A stretch of 64,000 nucleotides of DNA, taken from NCBI GenBank assembly GCA_963749075.1, contig CAVVLJ010000016.1, positions 864,001 through 928,000 on the forward strand, in the 5' to 3' direction. This document shows positions 24,617-35,914 of the stretch, one piece after another (positions within the stretch are counted from its first letter, which is position 1; each line of letters starts with the position of its first letter). This DNA is from an uncultured Pseudomonadota bacterium (GTDB taxonomy: Bacteria > Pseudomonadota > Alphaproteobacteria > JACZXZ01). The notes below the pieces were generated by a model that was not told the origin of the DNA, did no database searches, and was given only the letters and a program-made list of their open reading frames with translations. Made by a program: the position numbers and the translations under genes.

Positions 24617-26365
24617 ATGGCCGAGCTGACGCCGGCCATGGCCTCGGCGCCCGCGCCCGTGCTTGTGCGGGCCAATCTCTTCGCGCGTCTCAAGCGGCTC
24701 GACCCGGCACTCGCGGTCTGGCTCGTCCTCATCGCACTCCTGCTGTTCCTCGTGGTGGGGCCGATCCTCTCGCTCATCGAGCAAGGCTTCCAGACCGAGG
24801 GCGGCAAGGGCCTGACGCTCGGCAATTACGCGGCCGCGTTCGGCGACCGGCTCGATCTCGTGGCACTCGTCAACTCGCTCATCCTCGGCAGCGGCGTCGC
24901 GGTCCTCGCAGCACTCCTCGGCGTGCCGCTCGCCTGGGCCGTCTCGCGCACCGACATGCCGGGCAAGGATCTCGTGCGCCTCATCGTGCTCGGCGCCTTC
25001 GTGACGCCGCCCTATCTCGGCGCCATCGGCTGGATACTGCTCGCCGGACCCAACGCCGGCTGGATCAACCGCGTCTGGATGGCGCTTACGGGCGACGCCA
25101 GCGGCATCGTCAATATCTTCAGCTTTCCCGGCCTCATCGTCGCGATCGCCGTCTATTCCTATCCCTATACCTTCATCTTCACCTCGGCAGCGCTCGACGC
25201 GGTGTCGTCGGAGATGGAGGATGCCGCCAACATCCTCGGCTCGGGCGGCCTGCGCACGACCTTCAAGATCACGCTTCCGCTCGTGTGGCCGGCGATCCTC
25301 GGCGGGCTCATCATCAGCTTCCTCGAGGCGATAGCACTCTTCGGCACGCCCGCCATCATCGGGCTGCCCGCCCACATCAACGTGGTGACGACGCAGCTTT
25401 GGCAGTTCTTCGAGTACCCGGTGCGCACCGAGGTCGCGGCGGCCTATGCCATGCCGCTCCTCGGCATCACCGCCGTGCTCTTCTGGGTGCAGCGCAAGAG
25501 CTTCGGCCGCAAGGGCTACGTCACCATCACGGGCAAGGGCGGCGAGCGCCGCCTCTTACGCCTCGGCCGCTGGCGCTGGCTCGTGGTGGGCTATACGCTC
25601 TTCGTCGCCGCGATCTCCGTGCTGCTGCCCTTCGTGGTGCTGGCCCAGGCCGCCTTCAGCCGCGCCTGGGGCCGCGGCTTCTCGCTCGCCAACCTGACGC
25701 TTTCGAACTTCCACTATGTGCTGGTCGAGCACACCACCGCCGGCCGCTCGATCGTGCACAGCTTCGTCTACGGCGCCATCACCGCCAGCCTGGCACTCGT
25801 GCTGGCGCTCGCCATCGCCTATGTGGTGAACCGGCGGCTCTTGCCGTGGGCGAACGTGCTCGCCTTCCTCTGCGTGGCCCCCTTCGTCATCCCCGGCATC
25901 GTGCTGGCGCTCGGCTATTATGCCGCCTACGCCCCGCCGCCGGTGCGGCTCTACGGCACCGCCGCACTCGTCATCCTCGCCTTCACCACGCGCTTCCTCC
26001 CCATCGCCTACACCAACAGCGACGCCGGCGTGCGCAGCATCAATCCGGAGATGGAGGATGCCGTGCGCATCCTCGGCGGCGGACGGCTCAAGGCGCTCAG
26101 CAAGGTGGTGGCGCCGCTCCTGCGCCGCTCCCTCATCGGCGGCTGGATACTGGTCTTCATCCCGGCCACGCGCGAGCTCAGCGCCGCGATCTTCCTCTCC
26201 GGCCCCGACACCCAGGTCATGTCGGTCGTGCTCTACGAGCTGAGCGGGGAGGGCAATTTCGAGTACGTTGCAGCACTCGGCGGCGTGCTCCTGGCCGCCA
26301 CCATCGTCATCGTCGCCGTGAGCTTCAAGCTCGTCGGGCGCGACTTCATGTTGCGCAGGAGCTGA
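24617..26365 (+). CDS. ABC permease (fused two-domain, FbpB-like)
   Basis: Two EAA loops (EMEDAANILG, EMEDAVRILG), multiple TM segments. Confidence 0.9.
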   Translation: MAELTPAMASAPAPVLVRANLFARLKRLDPALAVWLVLIALLLFLVVGPILSLIEQGFQTEGGKGLTLGNYAAAFGDRLDLVALVNSLILGSGVAVLAALLGVPLAWAVSRTDMPGKDLVRLIVLGAFVTPPYLGAIGWILLAGPNAGWINRVWMALTGDASGIVNIFSFPGLIVAIAVYSYPYTFIFTSAALDAVSSEMEDAANILGSGGLRTTFKITLPLVWPAILGGLIISFLEAIALFGTPAIIGLPAHINVVTTQLWQFFEYPVRTEVAAAYAMPLLGITAVLFWVQRKSFGRKGYVTITGKGGERRLLRLGRWRWLVVGYTLFVAAISVLLPFVVLAQAAFSRAWGRGFSLANLTLSNFHYVLVEHTTAGRSIVHSFVYGAITASLALVLALAIAYVVNRRLLPWANVLAFLCVAPFVIPGIVLALGYYAAYAPPPVRLYGTAALVILAFTTRFLPIAYTNSDAGVRSINPEMEDAVRILGGGRLKALSKVVAPLLRRSLIGGWILVFIPATRELSAAIFLSGPDTQVMSVVLYELSGEGNFEYVAALGGVLLAATIVIVAVSFKLVGRDFMLRRS

Positions 26366-26370
26366 GAGGC

Positions 26371-27443
<1,073 letters not shown>

Positions 27444-27447
<4 letters not shown>

Positions 27448-28616
27448 GCAAGCTGCCGCTCTCCCGCTTCAAGGTCATCGATCTCACGCGCGTGCGCGCG
27501 GGCCCGACCGCGGTGCGCCAGCTCGCCGACTGGGGGGCCGAGGTCGTCAAGATCGAGGCGCCGGAGGGCGACGGCGGCCTCGGCGGCGAGCGTCTGGGCC
27601 CGGATTTCCAGAACATCCACCGCAACAAGCGCAGCATCACCCTCAACCTCAAGGCTCCCGAGGGCGTCGCCATTCTGAAGCGGCTCGCCGTCGAGGCCGA
27701 CGTGCTGGTGGAGAATTACCGGCCCGACGTAAAGTTCCGCCTCGGCATCGACTACGAGAGCTTGAAGGGCCTCAACCCGCGCCTCGTCTATGCCAGCATC
27801 TCCGGCTTCGGCCAGGACGGGCCCTACCGCGACCGGCCCGGCTTCGACCAGGTGGCGCAAGGCATGGGCGGCCTCATGTCGATCACCGGCCTGCCGGGCC
27901 AGGGTCCGGTGCGCGTCGGCATTCCGGTCGCCGACCTCACCGCCGGCATCTTCTGCGCCATGGGCGTGCTCGTAGCGCTCCTCGAGCGCGAGGAGTCGGG
28001 CGAGGGGCAATGGGTGCAGTCCTCGCTTCTGGGCGCCCAGATCGCCATGCTCGATTTCCAGGCGGCACGCTGGCTCATCGCCAAGGAGGTGCCGGGCCAG
28101 GCCGGCAACAACCATCCGACCAGCATCCCGACGGGTGTCTTCCGCACCAATGACGGCTACGTCAACATCGCGGCGGCAGGCGAGGACATCTACCGCCGCT
28201 TCTGCGCGGCGATCGGCGCCGGGCATCTCGCGGGCAATCCGGATTACGCGACCGCCAAGGCGCGCTCCAAGAACCGCGACCGGCTCAATGCCGAGATCGA
28301 GGCGATCACCAAGGAGCGCGGCTCGGCCGAGCTCGTGGCGGCGCTGAACGAGGCCGGCGTGCCGAGCGGCCCGATCTACCGCATCGACGAGGTGTTCGCC
28401 GATCCGCAGGTGCGCCACCTGGGCATCGCGCAAGCCGTCGAGCATCCCAAGCTCGGCCGCATCGAGCTCGTGGGCCAGGCGGTGAGCTTGAGCCGTACGC
28501 CGTCGAGCTTGCGCACGGCAACGCCCGAGCGCGGCGAGCATACCGATGGGGTGCTCGGCGAGCTCGGCTACGACGCCGCGGCGATCGCAGACTTGCGCCA
28601 GCGCGGCGTGATTTGA
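27444..28616 (+). CDS. CaiB/BaiF family III CoA transferase
   Basis: VIDLTRVRAGP, RNKRSITLNLK, ENYRP, SISGFGQDGPY, GFDQVAQ. Confidence 0.93.
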
Positions 28617-28630
28617 GGGGAGCAGGCCGC

Positions 28631-29425
28631 ATGATTTCGCCGAGCGAACGCATGATCGTCGAGACGGACGGCGCCATCGGCTGGATCACCTTCAACAATC
28701 CGGCGCGGCACAACGCGGTCTCGCAGGACATGTGGGAGGCGATCCCGCCCATCATCGCGCATTTCGAGCAGGACCCGGCGGTGCGCGTCATCGTGGTCAA
28801 GGGTGCGGGCGACAAGGCCTTCGTCTCGGGCGCCGACATCTCCCAGTTCGAGAAGCTGCGCTCCTCGCCCGAGGCGGTCAGGCAATACGACGCCGTCGGC
28901 GACGCGGCGCAGCGCCGCCTCCAGGGGGCGGCGAAGCCGACCATCGCCATGATCCGCGGCTACTGCATCGGCGGCGGCGTCGGCGTGGCCATCTCGTGCG
29001 ACCTGCGCATCGCAGCCGACAGCGCGCGCTTCGGCGTGCCGGCGGCGCGCCTCGGCCTCGGCTACCGCTGGGCCGGCGTCAAGAAGCTCGTCGATCTCGT
29101 GGGACCTGCCTACGCCAAGGAGATCTTCTTCACCGCCCGCCAGTTCAGCGCCGCCGAGGCGCTCGCCATGGGCCTCATCAACCGCACCCTCCCCGAGGCC
29201 GAGCTCGAGGCCTACGTGCGCTCCTACTGCGCCATGATCGCCGAGAACGCGCCGCTCACGCTCCAGGCGGTCAAGGGCACCGTCCACGAGCTCGGCAAGG
29301 CGGCCTTGAGCTTCGATGCCAAGCATTGCGATGAGCTTGTGGCGCGCTGCTTCGCGAGCGAGGACTACATCGAAGGCCGCCGCGCCTTCATGGAGAAGCG
29401 CAAGCCGGCGTTCCAGGGACGGTAG
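28631..29425 (+). CDS. Enoyl-CoA hydratase/isomerase family
   Basis: AFVSGADISQF, GYCIGGG, CDLRIA, EGRRAFMEKRKP. Confidence 0.92.
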   Translation: MISPSERMIVETDGAIGWITFNNPARHNAVSQDMWEAIPPIIAHFEQDPAVRVIVVKGAGDKAFVSGADISQFEKLRSSPEAVRQYDAVGDAAQRRLQGAAKPTIAMIRGYCIGGGVGVAISCDLRIAADSARFGVPAARLGLGYRWAGVKKLVDLVGPAYAKEIFFTARQFSAAEALAMGLINRTLPEAELEAYVRSYCAMIAENAPLTLQAVKGTVHELGKAALSFDAKHCDELVARCFASEDYIEGRRAFMEKRKPAFQGR

Positions 29426-29446
29426 CGGCGTCTGCGGCGCGCCCGC

Positions 29447-30567
29447 TCACTTGCTCGCGGCCTCCGCCAGGCTGCTCCCTGCCGCCGCGGCGTTGCCGCC
29501 GAGCGCGCTCGCGGTCTTCATTTCGAGTTTGGTGATCAGCCCGTCGGCACTGAGGGCCACTTCGACGGCGGCGTCCTGGGCGAAGCCGCTATGGACGCGG
29601 ACGAGAAAGCGGTTGCCGAGCTGCGGCACGGTCGCCTCGCGCGAGGGGAGAATGCTCAAGAGAGCCAGCGTATGCAGCCCGGCGGACAGCACGGCCGCAT
29701 TGCACGCGGCGTCGCAGACCCGCGCGCTCATCATCGTCCGTACGGCGCTGCGCAGCACCAGGCCCTTCACCAGGGGCGGCGTCCGCGACGCGCATGCGGC
29801 GGCACCCGAGGGGCAGGTCCCGGCGGCGAACGTGATCTCCGAGGACTCGCGCGCAGGTCCTGCGGCAGCCGGAGCTCGACGATGGCGTTGGGAACGACCC
29901 AGCGCGGGTTCCCCAGCTTGAAGTTGCGGGCGAGGCCGGCGAGCGAGGCGTCGACCGTATAGCTCAGCGACGCGGGCACCTGCGGCGTCCAGAGGTCCTC
30001 CTCCTCGACGACGAGGCGGGGATCGTCGGGATGCTCCTTGAGGGCCGCATTCAGCTCCTGGCAATTCGACGAGGCCGGGGGAGCCGGGCCCGCGGTCGCC
30101 ATGGCGGCCAATGGAGATGTGAAAAGCGGCACCAGCGAGCCGGTAGCTCCCGCGGCGATCGGCGCCACCTGATCCTTGATCGAGGCGGATAGCGACTTGA
30201 GCGTGCCGTTGTCGTAGGCCTCGACGCTGTAATCGAGGTTCTTCGAGCGCGAGCCGCTCTCGAAATAGATGTAATATTGCTGCGACGGATCGACGCCGAC
30301 CCGCTCGTCGATGGCGAGCTTGGTCGTCCCGGAAATCTCCTCCCCACTGAGCGTCTGGACGCAGCCCGTGACCGCGGTCGTGGTGGCGAGGACGAAGGTC
30401 TTCTCTGCCAGGGAATAGGGAATCGCCGTCGAGGGATATTCCGGCGACGCCGCGGTGATCTGGCCGGTCTCGAGGTCGGAGGGATCGCCGCGGTCCCAGG
30501 CGGCATAGGCCCCGATGAGCACGGCTACGATCAGAACGCCCAAGAGCAGCTTGACGATGATCCGCAT
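29447..30567 (-). pseudogene. Membrane-anchored/secreted hypothetical protein split by a frameshift near 29850
   Basis: N-terminal TM (MRIIVKLLLGVLIVAVLIGAYAAW); protein-like sequence continues in the 29447..30625 frame (ESSEITFAAG...VPQLGNRF...DGLITKLE). Confidence 0.6.
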
Positions 30568-30679
30568 CTCCGCCTCCCGCGTCAGCCGGCCCGCTCATCA
30601 TCGGGCAAATTCCGCGCGTGTGCAAAGGCAGCTTGAATATGCAACCGCCGCGAAGACGCCCGGCCCGCGCCGCCGACCG

Positions 30680-31477
30680 TCAGCCCTCTTTCCCCACGAG
30701 GTAGGCCGCCGCCTTCTCGCGCAGCTCCGGCGGAATGGGCGTCGAGCGGCGCGTCGAGAGGTCGAAGTGGGCGCCCGCCTGGCTGGCGGAAGCCACGAGG
30801 CGGCCGCTCGAGGCGTCGTAGAGGCGATGCAGCATCTCGAGGGAGGAGCTGCCGAGGCGGCTCAGCGCGCTCTCGAGCCGCAGGCGCGCGCCCGCGCGCG
30901 GCCGCGGCCCGTGGAGCTCGAGGCGGATCTCGAAGGTGGCGAAGCCGCGGCCGGCCGTGCGCAGGTAGTCCGGCGTGATACCGATGGCGCCGAGGAGCTG
31001 CATCGAGCCGGCGGAGGTGCGATGGATGTGCCCGGCGAGTGCCAATCCTCCGCCGGTGTCGACCTCGGCGGGCTGCACCACGTCGCGCGCGCTCGCCATG
31101 AAGCCTTTGCCGCTCTCGGGAGGCGCTCTCTCTTCCGGCGTGGTGACGAGAGCTTCCTCGACCGTCGTGGCCGTCTCGCCGCTGATCGAGTTCACCACCC
31201 GGTGGCCGAGCCTCAGGCGCCCGGCGCTCGCCTCGACGAGGCTGCTCTCGATGTGGAGGCCGTCGCCGGCGCGGAGCTCGCGCTCGAAGCGGGCGAGATA
31301 GTGTGCCGCGTGCCAGCGCTCGGCGGGCGGGAGCCGCCCGCGCTCGCGCAAAATCGCGAGTGCCGCCGCCGACGCCTCGCCGAAGCGGGCGAAGTAATAG
31401 GCGACGGTGAAATGCCCGAAGCCGTCGCACTCCCAGGCGCGCACCGAGCCGCGGTGGGTCTCGAAGGGCTCGCTCAT
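30680..31477 (-). CDS. Double hot-dog acyl-CoA thioesterase family
   Basis: THRGSVRAWECDGFGH, RELRAGD, second repeat VVQPAEVD..G, FDLSTRRSTPIP. Confidence 0.8.
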   Translation of the reverse strand: MSEPFETHRGSVRAWECDGFGHFTVAYYFARFGEASAAALAILRERGRLPPAERWHAAHYLARFERELRAGDGLHIESSLVEASAGRLRLGHRVVNSISGETATTVEEALVTTPEERAPPESGKGFMASARDVVQPAEVDTGGGLALAGHIHRTSAGSMQLLGAIGITPDYLRTAGRGFATFEIRLELHGPRPRAGARLRLESALSRLGSSSLEMLHRLYDASSGRLVASASQAGAHFDLSTRRSTPIPPELREKAAAYLVGKEG

Positions 31478-32148
31478 CCGAGGCGCCTCCTCACGCCGAG
31501 CTCGCGGTCGATGCGCCGCTCGAGATGCTGGCTCAGGAGCGAGAGCGGCCAGCAGAGGAGGAAATAGAGGCCGGCGACCACGGGATAGACGATCATGGGC
31601 TGGAAGGTCACGTTGGTGATGAGCTGGCCCGCGCGCGTGAGCTCGACGAAGCCGATGATCGCCGCGATCGAGGTGCCCTTGACGAGCTGGACGAGGAAGC
31701 CGACGGTCGGCGGGATCGAGATGCGCATGGCCTGCGGCAGGATGACGTAGCGCAGCGACTGCGCGAAGTTGAGCGCGAGACTCCGCGCCCCCTCCCACTG
31801 CTGGCGCGGGATCGCCTGGATCGAGCCGCGCCAGATTTCGCCGAGGAAGGCGCCCGAATAGAGCGTGAAGGCGAGCGACACGGCGGGCCAGGCGCCGAGC
31901 TCGATGTGGAAGAGCACCGCAAGCCCGTAATAGGCGACGAAGAGCTGCATAAGGACGGGCGTGCCCTGGAAGAGCTGGATGTAGCCGGTGGCGAGCCAGC
32001 GCAAGGGGGCGAGGGGGACGATGCGTAGGATGGCGATGACGGTGCCCACGATGCCGCCGCCCGCGAAGGCGATGAGCGAGAGCAGAAGCGTCCAGCGCAG
32101 GCTCTTGACGAGGAAGAGGAACTCGGGCGTGGCGAAGTCGCGGCTCAT
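31474..32148 (-). CDS. Polar amino-acid ABC permease
   Basis: FQGTPVLMQL, GEIWRGSIQAIPRQQWE, ILPQA. Confidence 0.92.
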   Translation of the reverse strand: MSRDFATPEFLFLVKSLRWTLLLSLIAFAGGGIVGTVIAILRIVPLAPLRWLATGYIQLFQGTPVLMQLFVAYYGLAVLFHIELGAWPAVSLAFTLYSGAFLGEIWRGSIQAIPRQQWEGARSLALNFAQSLRYVILPQAMRISIPPTVGFLVQLVKGTSIAAIIGFVELTRAGQLITNVTFQPMIVYPVVAGLYFLLCWPLSLLSQHLERRIDRELGVRRRLG

Positions 32149-32819
32149 CAGGCCGCCGCCCTGCGCTGGAAGACCGCGAAATAGATGAGGCCGAGCGCTC
32201 CGCGGAAGCCGAGCGCCATGGCGAGATAGAGGCCCGTCGTCACGAAATAGAACTCGAAGGAGCGGAAGGTCGTGGATTGCAGGGAGTTGGTGACGGCGGT
32301 GAGCTCGACCGCCGAGATCGCCGACACCACGCTCGAGCCGAGCATGAGGAGGATGAACTGGCTGGCGAGCGCCGGGAAGACGGTCTTGAGCGCCTGGAAG
32401 AGGACGACGTGGCGGAAGACGGCGAGCCGCCCGAGGCCGAGCGCGCGCGCCGCCTCGATCTGGCCGTGGGGTACGGCGTCGATACCGGCGCGCACGATCT
32501 CGGTCGCATAGGCGCCGAGGTTGATCGTCATGGCCGCGAGTGCCGCCTCGTCCGCCTCGAGGCGGATGCCGAGCGCCGGCAGCGAGAAATAGATGATGAA
32601 GATCTGCACGAGGAAGGGCGTATTGCGGATGAGCTCGACGTAGCCGGCGACGAGGAGGCGGAGCGGCCGCGGCGCCGCCATCTTCGCGTACGCGCAGACG
32701 ACCGCGAGTGCGAGGCCGAGCGCCATCGCCATCGCCGAGATCCGGATGGTGAGCCAGGCGCCCTCCAAGAGCTCCGGCAGATGGTCGAAGACGACGTTGA
32801 AGTGGAAGACGTAGTTCAC
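32148..32819 (-). CDS. Polar amino-acid ABC permease
   Basis: RNTPFLVQ, AYATEIVRAG, GQIEAARALG. Confidence 0.92.
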   Translation of the reverse strand: MNYVFHFNVVFDHLPELLEGAWLTIRISAMAMALGLALAVVCAYAKMAAPRPLRLLVAGYVELIRNTPFLVQIFIIYFSLPALGIRLEADEAALAAMTINLGAYATEIVRAGIDAVPHGQIEAARALGLGRLAVFRHVVLFQALKTVFPALASQFILLMLGSSVVSAISAVELTAVTNSLQSTTFRSFEFYFVTTGLYLAMALGFRGALGLIYFAVFQRRAAA

Positions 32820-32840
32820 GTGCCGCTCCGGCAGCGCCGC

Positions 32841-32910
32841 TGTCCCTCACCCGGCTCGCTTACGCTCGCCACCCTCTCCCGCAAGCGGGAGAGGGAAGGG
32901 GTGAGGGACG
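32841..32910. repeat. REP-like palindromic element between binding-protein and permease genes
   Basis: GTCCCTCACCC...CCCTCTCCCGCAAGCGGGAGAGGG...GGGTGAGGGAC. Confidence 0.85.
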
Positions 32911-32931
32911 GCTACGCCGCGCCCGCCGGCC

Positions 32932-33732
32932 TCAGAACACCGGCAGCGCGGGCAGGTCGACGCCGGTGTATTTCTTGTAGATGTCGGCGAGCACGCCGTT
33001 CTCGGTGTTGAGGAACACCCAGGTGTTGATCCATTGCAGGAGCTCGAAGTCCCCGGGTCGCAGGGCGGCGGCGTAATAGGCGGTCGTCACCGTGAACTTG
33101 TTCTCGAGCTTCTTGTCGGGATTGCGCTGGGCGACGGACTTGGCGGCGAAGGCCGACATGCCGGCGGCGTCGATCTGGCCGGAGAGGAGGGCCTGGATGG
33201 TGGCCGCGATGTCGTCGAAATAGACGAGCTTGGCGTCCTTCGGCGCCAGCTTCGGCACCGTCGCCTCCTCGAGGGTGGCGCGCGTGAGCCCGACGCGTTT
33301 TCCCGCGAGGTCGGCCGCACTCTTGATGGCTGTGCCCGCGGGTGCGGTGATGACGATTGAGAGGGCGCCGTGGGGATTGGCGAACATCACGGTCTTGGCG
33401 CGCTCGAAGGTGATGCTGAGCGAGGAGATCGCCACGTCGGCGCGGCCGGCGAGAAGGGCCGGGATGCGGTTCGGTGCCGTCACCTGCACGAGCTCGAGCT
33501 CGACGCCCAGGTCCTTGGCAAGCTGGCGCGCGGTCGCGATCTCCGAGCCGTCGGGCTTGCCGTCCTTGTCGAGGATGCCGAAGGGCGGCGAGGTGACCTC
33601 GGCGGTGATGCGGATCTTCTTCTCGCGCAGGATGCGGTCGAGCGTGGTCTCGGCCTTGGCCGCGTGCATGGCGGCAAGTCCCGGCGCAAGTGCGACCAGT
33701 GCGATGGCGAGCAACCTCAGACTGCGTCTCAT
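32932..33732 (-). CDS. Polar amino-acid ABC substrate-binding protein (SBP family 3)
   Basis: Signal peptide, PPFG, LAKDLGV, NRIPALLAGRAD, SITFER. Confidence 0.9.
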   Translation of the reverse strand: MRRSLRLLAIALVALAPGLAAMHAAKAETTLDRILREKKIRITAEVTSPPFGILDKDGKPDGSEIATARQLAKDLGVELELVQVTAPNRIPALLAGRADVAISSLSITFERAKTVMFANPHGALSIVITAPAGTAIKSAADLAGKRVGLTRATLEEATVPKLAPKDAKLVYFDDIAATIQALLSGQIDAAGMSAFAAKSVAQRNPDKKLENKFTVTTAYYAAALRPGDFELLQWINTWVFLNTENGVLADIYKKYTGVDLPALPVF

Positions 33733-33763
33733 GGCGTTTCCTCCTTTTGTGTGCGTGTCCCGC

Positions 33764-34552
33764 TTATGCGCCCGTCCCACCGAGCGCCTTGAGCCCGGCC
33801 GCAAGCGCGCCTTGCAGCAGGGCGATGTCCGTGCCGTAGCCGAGGCAACGGAAGCCGCGCGCGCGCCACAACTCGGCCGAGGCCGGGTCGGTCACGAGAA
33901 ACCCCGGCGCCTTGCCGTGGCGCTTGCAGGCCGCGAGCAGCCGCTCGACCGCGGCCAGGAAGTCGGGATGCGCGAACTCCCCGGTGATGCCGAGCGAATT
34001 GCTGAGGTCGTAATGGCCGAGCCACACCACGTCGATGCCGGGGACCGCCGCGATCCCCTCGATGTTGGCGATGCCCGCCGCCGTCTCGACGAGGGCTATG
34101 GTGAGCGTGCGCGCGTTGGCCGCCGCCATCTTCGCCACCACGTCGCCGCCCGTATAGTCGTCATGGGCCATGCCGAAGGCGAGGCCGCGCGCGCCCTCCG
34201 GCCGGTAGCGGCACCATTTGGCGAGGCTCTCGGCCTGCGCCACGGTCTCGACCATGGGCACCATGATGCCCATGGCGCCGGCATCGAGCACCGGGGCGAT
34301 CAGGTGATAGTGGCAGCCCGGCACGCGCACCATGGGCACGATGCCGACCCCGCGCGCCGCGGCGATCTGCATCTTGATGGTCTCGATGCCGATGCCGCTA
34401 TGCTCCATGTCGAGGAGGACGAACTCGGCTCCGGCGGCGGCGAGCACCGCAGGCAGGCCGGGCGTGAAGAACTCGAACGCCATGGTGCCGAGCGCAGTGC
34501 CGCCTGCGAGCAGCTTCTCGCGCATGGGATTCGGGCGCATGGGGCTCGTCAC
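33764..34552 (-). CDS. HpcH/HpaI aldolase family
   Basis: LDMEHS, MVRVP, LDAGAMGIMVPMV, YRPEGARG, ALVET, GHYDLS. Confidence 0.9.
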   Translation of the reverse strand: MTSPMRPNPMREKLLAGGTALGTMAFEFFTPGLPAVLAAAGAEFVLLDMEHSGIGIETIKMQIAAARGVGIVPMVRVPGCHYHLIAPVLDAGAMGIMVPMVETVAQAESLAKWCRYRPEGARGLAFGMAHDDYTGGDVVAKMAAANARTLTIALVETAAGIANIEGIAAVPGIDVVWLGHYDLSNSLGITGEFAHPDFLAAVERLLAACKRHGKAPGFLVTDPASAELWRARGFRCLGYGTDIALLQGALAAGLKALGGTGA

Positions 34553-34581
34553 GATGCGCGCTCTCCGCTGGGGGGCAAGGC

Positions 34582-34881
34582 TCAGGATGCTGAGAGGAGA
34601 TCGAGGGCCGTGATGGTGCGGCCCGTGACCATGTCCTTGGTCGCCGCGGCGAAGGACTTGAAATGGGGCGACCTCAAGTGCGCCTGGAACGCCGCCTCGT
34701 CGTCGTAGATCTCGTAGAGGAAGACGCGGTTGGGCCCGTCGTGCGGCAGCGCCACGTCGAAGCGGCGGCAGCCCGGCTCGTCCGCGAGCGAGCGCTTGGC
34801 GTTCTCCCGTACGAGCGTCACGAAGTGTTTATGTTGGTCGGGCGCAATCTCGAAATCGACGGTTATCACATAGCCGGCCAT
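34582..34881 (-). CDS. Antibiotic-biosynthesis-monooxygenase (putative quinol monooxygenase/LsrG-like) protein
   Basis: EPGCRRFDV, FLYEIYDDEAAFQAH..SPHF. Confidence 0.88.
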   Translation of the reverse strand: MAGYVITVDFEIAPDQHKHFVTLVRENAKRSLADEPGCRRFDVALPHDGPNRVFLYEIYDDEAAFQAHLRSPHFKSFAAATKDMVTGRTITALDLLSAS

Positions 34882-34894
34882 GCTCTTTTTCCTC

Positions 34895-35803
34895 TCACGG
34901 CAGCTCGCGGATTTTGACGCCGTTGAGCTCGGCGAGGATGCCCGGCAGCGTCGGCATGAAGCGCTCGCCGTGGCCGCGGATATTGGCGAGCTGATAGGTC
35001 TGGTTGACCGCCTGGGCGATGAAGGCGGCGGCGGGCGCGGATTCGGCGAGCCGCGTGTAGAAGCGCATGTCCTTGCCGGCGATGCGGATGGGGCCCTTGA
35101 GCCGGCTGTCGTCGCCCTCCAGCACCCACGGCATCATCATCTGGAACATGGCGCTGTTGGCGCCCCCTGCCGACACCACCTCGTAGAGCTTGGCGAGATC
35201 GACGCCGAGCTTGGCCGCGGTCGCCACCGCCTCGGCGATCACGGCGCTGGTGCCGATCGAGATGAAATTGTTGAGGAGCTTGAGCGTGTGCGCCATGCCG
35301 AGCGGCCCCGCCTCGATGATGGTGTCGGCGTAGCAGGCGATGATCGGGCGCACCTTGGCGAGAGCGTCTGGGTCGCCGGCGATGAAGGTCGAGAGGCGGC
35401 CCTCCTCGGCCTCCTTCGGCGTGCGGCCGACCGGCGCATCGACGATTCTGCAGCCGCGCGCGGCATAGTCCTTGGCGAGGCGGCGCGTCGAGCTGGGATC
35501 GGCGGTCGTCTGGTCGACGTGGATCATGCCGGGATGGGCACCCGCGAGAATGCCGCCCTCGCCCAGCACCGCCGCCTCCACCTCGACGGAGGAGGGGAGG
35601 CAGGTGAAGACCACGTCCGACGCCGCGGCGACCGCGGCGGCCGTCGGCATCTCGAGCGCACCCCGCGCCACCAGGTCCTCGACCGGCTGGCGGTTGCGGT
35701 GGCCGAGAATGGTAAGCGGGTGGCCCTTGGCGAGGATGTTCTTGGCGGCGCCGTGGCCCATGAGGCCGACGCCGATATAGCCGACGCGCAACTTGTCGCT
35801 CAA
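34895..35803 (-). CDS. beta-hydroxyacid dehydrogenase family (3-hydroxyisobutyrate DH / tartronate-semialdehyde reductase-like)
   Basis: GYIGVGLMG, DAPVGR, KLLNN; TTG start inferred after GGGGAGG. Confidence 0.9.
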   Translation of the reverse strand: MSDKLRVGYIGVGLMGHGAAKNILAKGHPLTILGHRNRQPVEDLVARGALEMPTAAAVAAASDVVFTCLPSSVEVEAAVLGEGGILAGAHPGMIHVDQTTADPSSTRRLAKDYAARGCRIVDAPVGRTPKEAEEGRLSTFIAGDPDALAKVRPIIACYADTIIEAGPLGMAHTLKLLNNFISIGTSAVIAEAVATAAKLGVDLAKLYEVVSAGGANSAMFQMMMPWVLEGDDSRLKGPIRIAGKDMRFYTRLAESAPAAAFIAQAVNQTYQLANIRGHGERFMPTLPGILAELNGVKIRELP

Positions 35804-35914
35804 GCAGCCTCCCCGCATTTCCGCCGGGGCCCGTAGCGCGGGCCTCTCGATCCGCGGCCGAGCCTGTCACACAAATCCGCTCGCTGCAAGAATGACCGCA
35901 GCGAGAGGCTCGGC

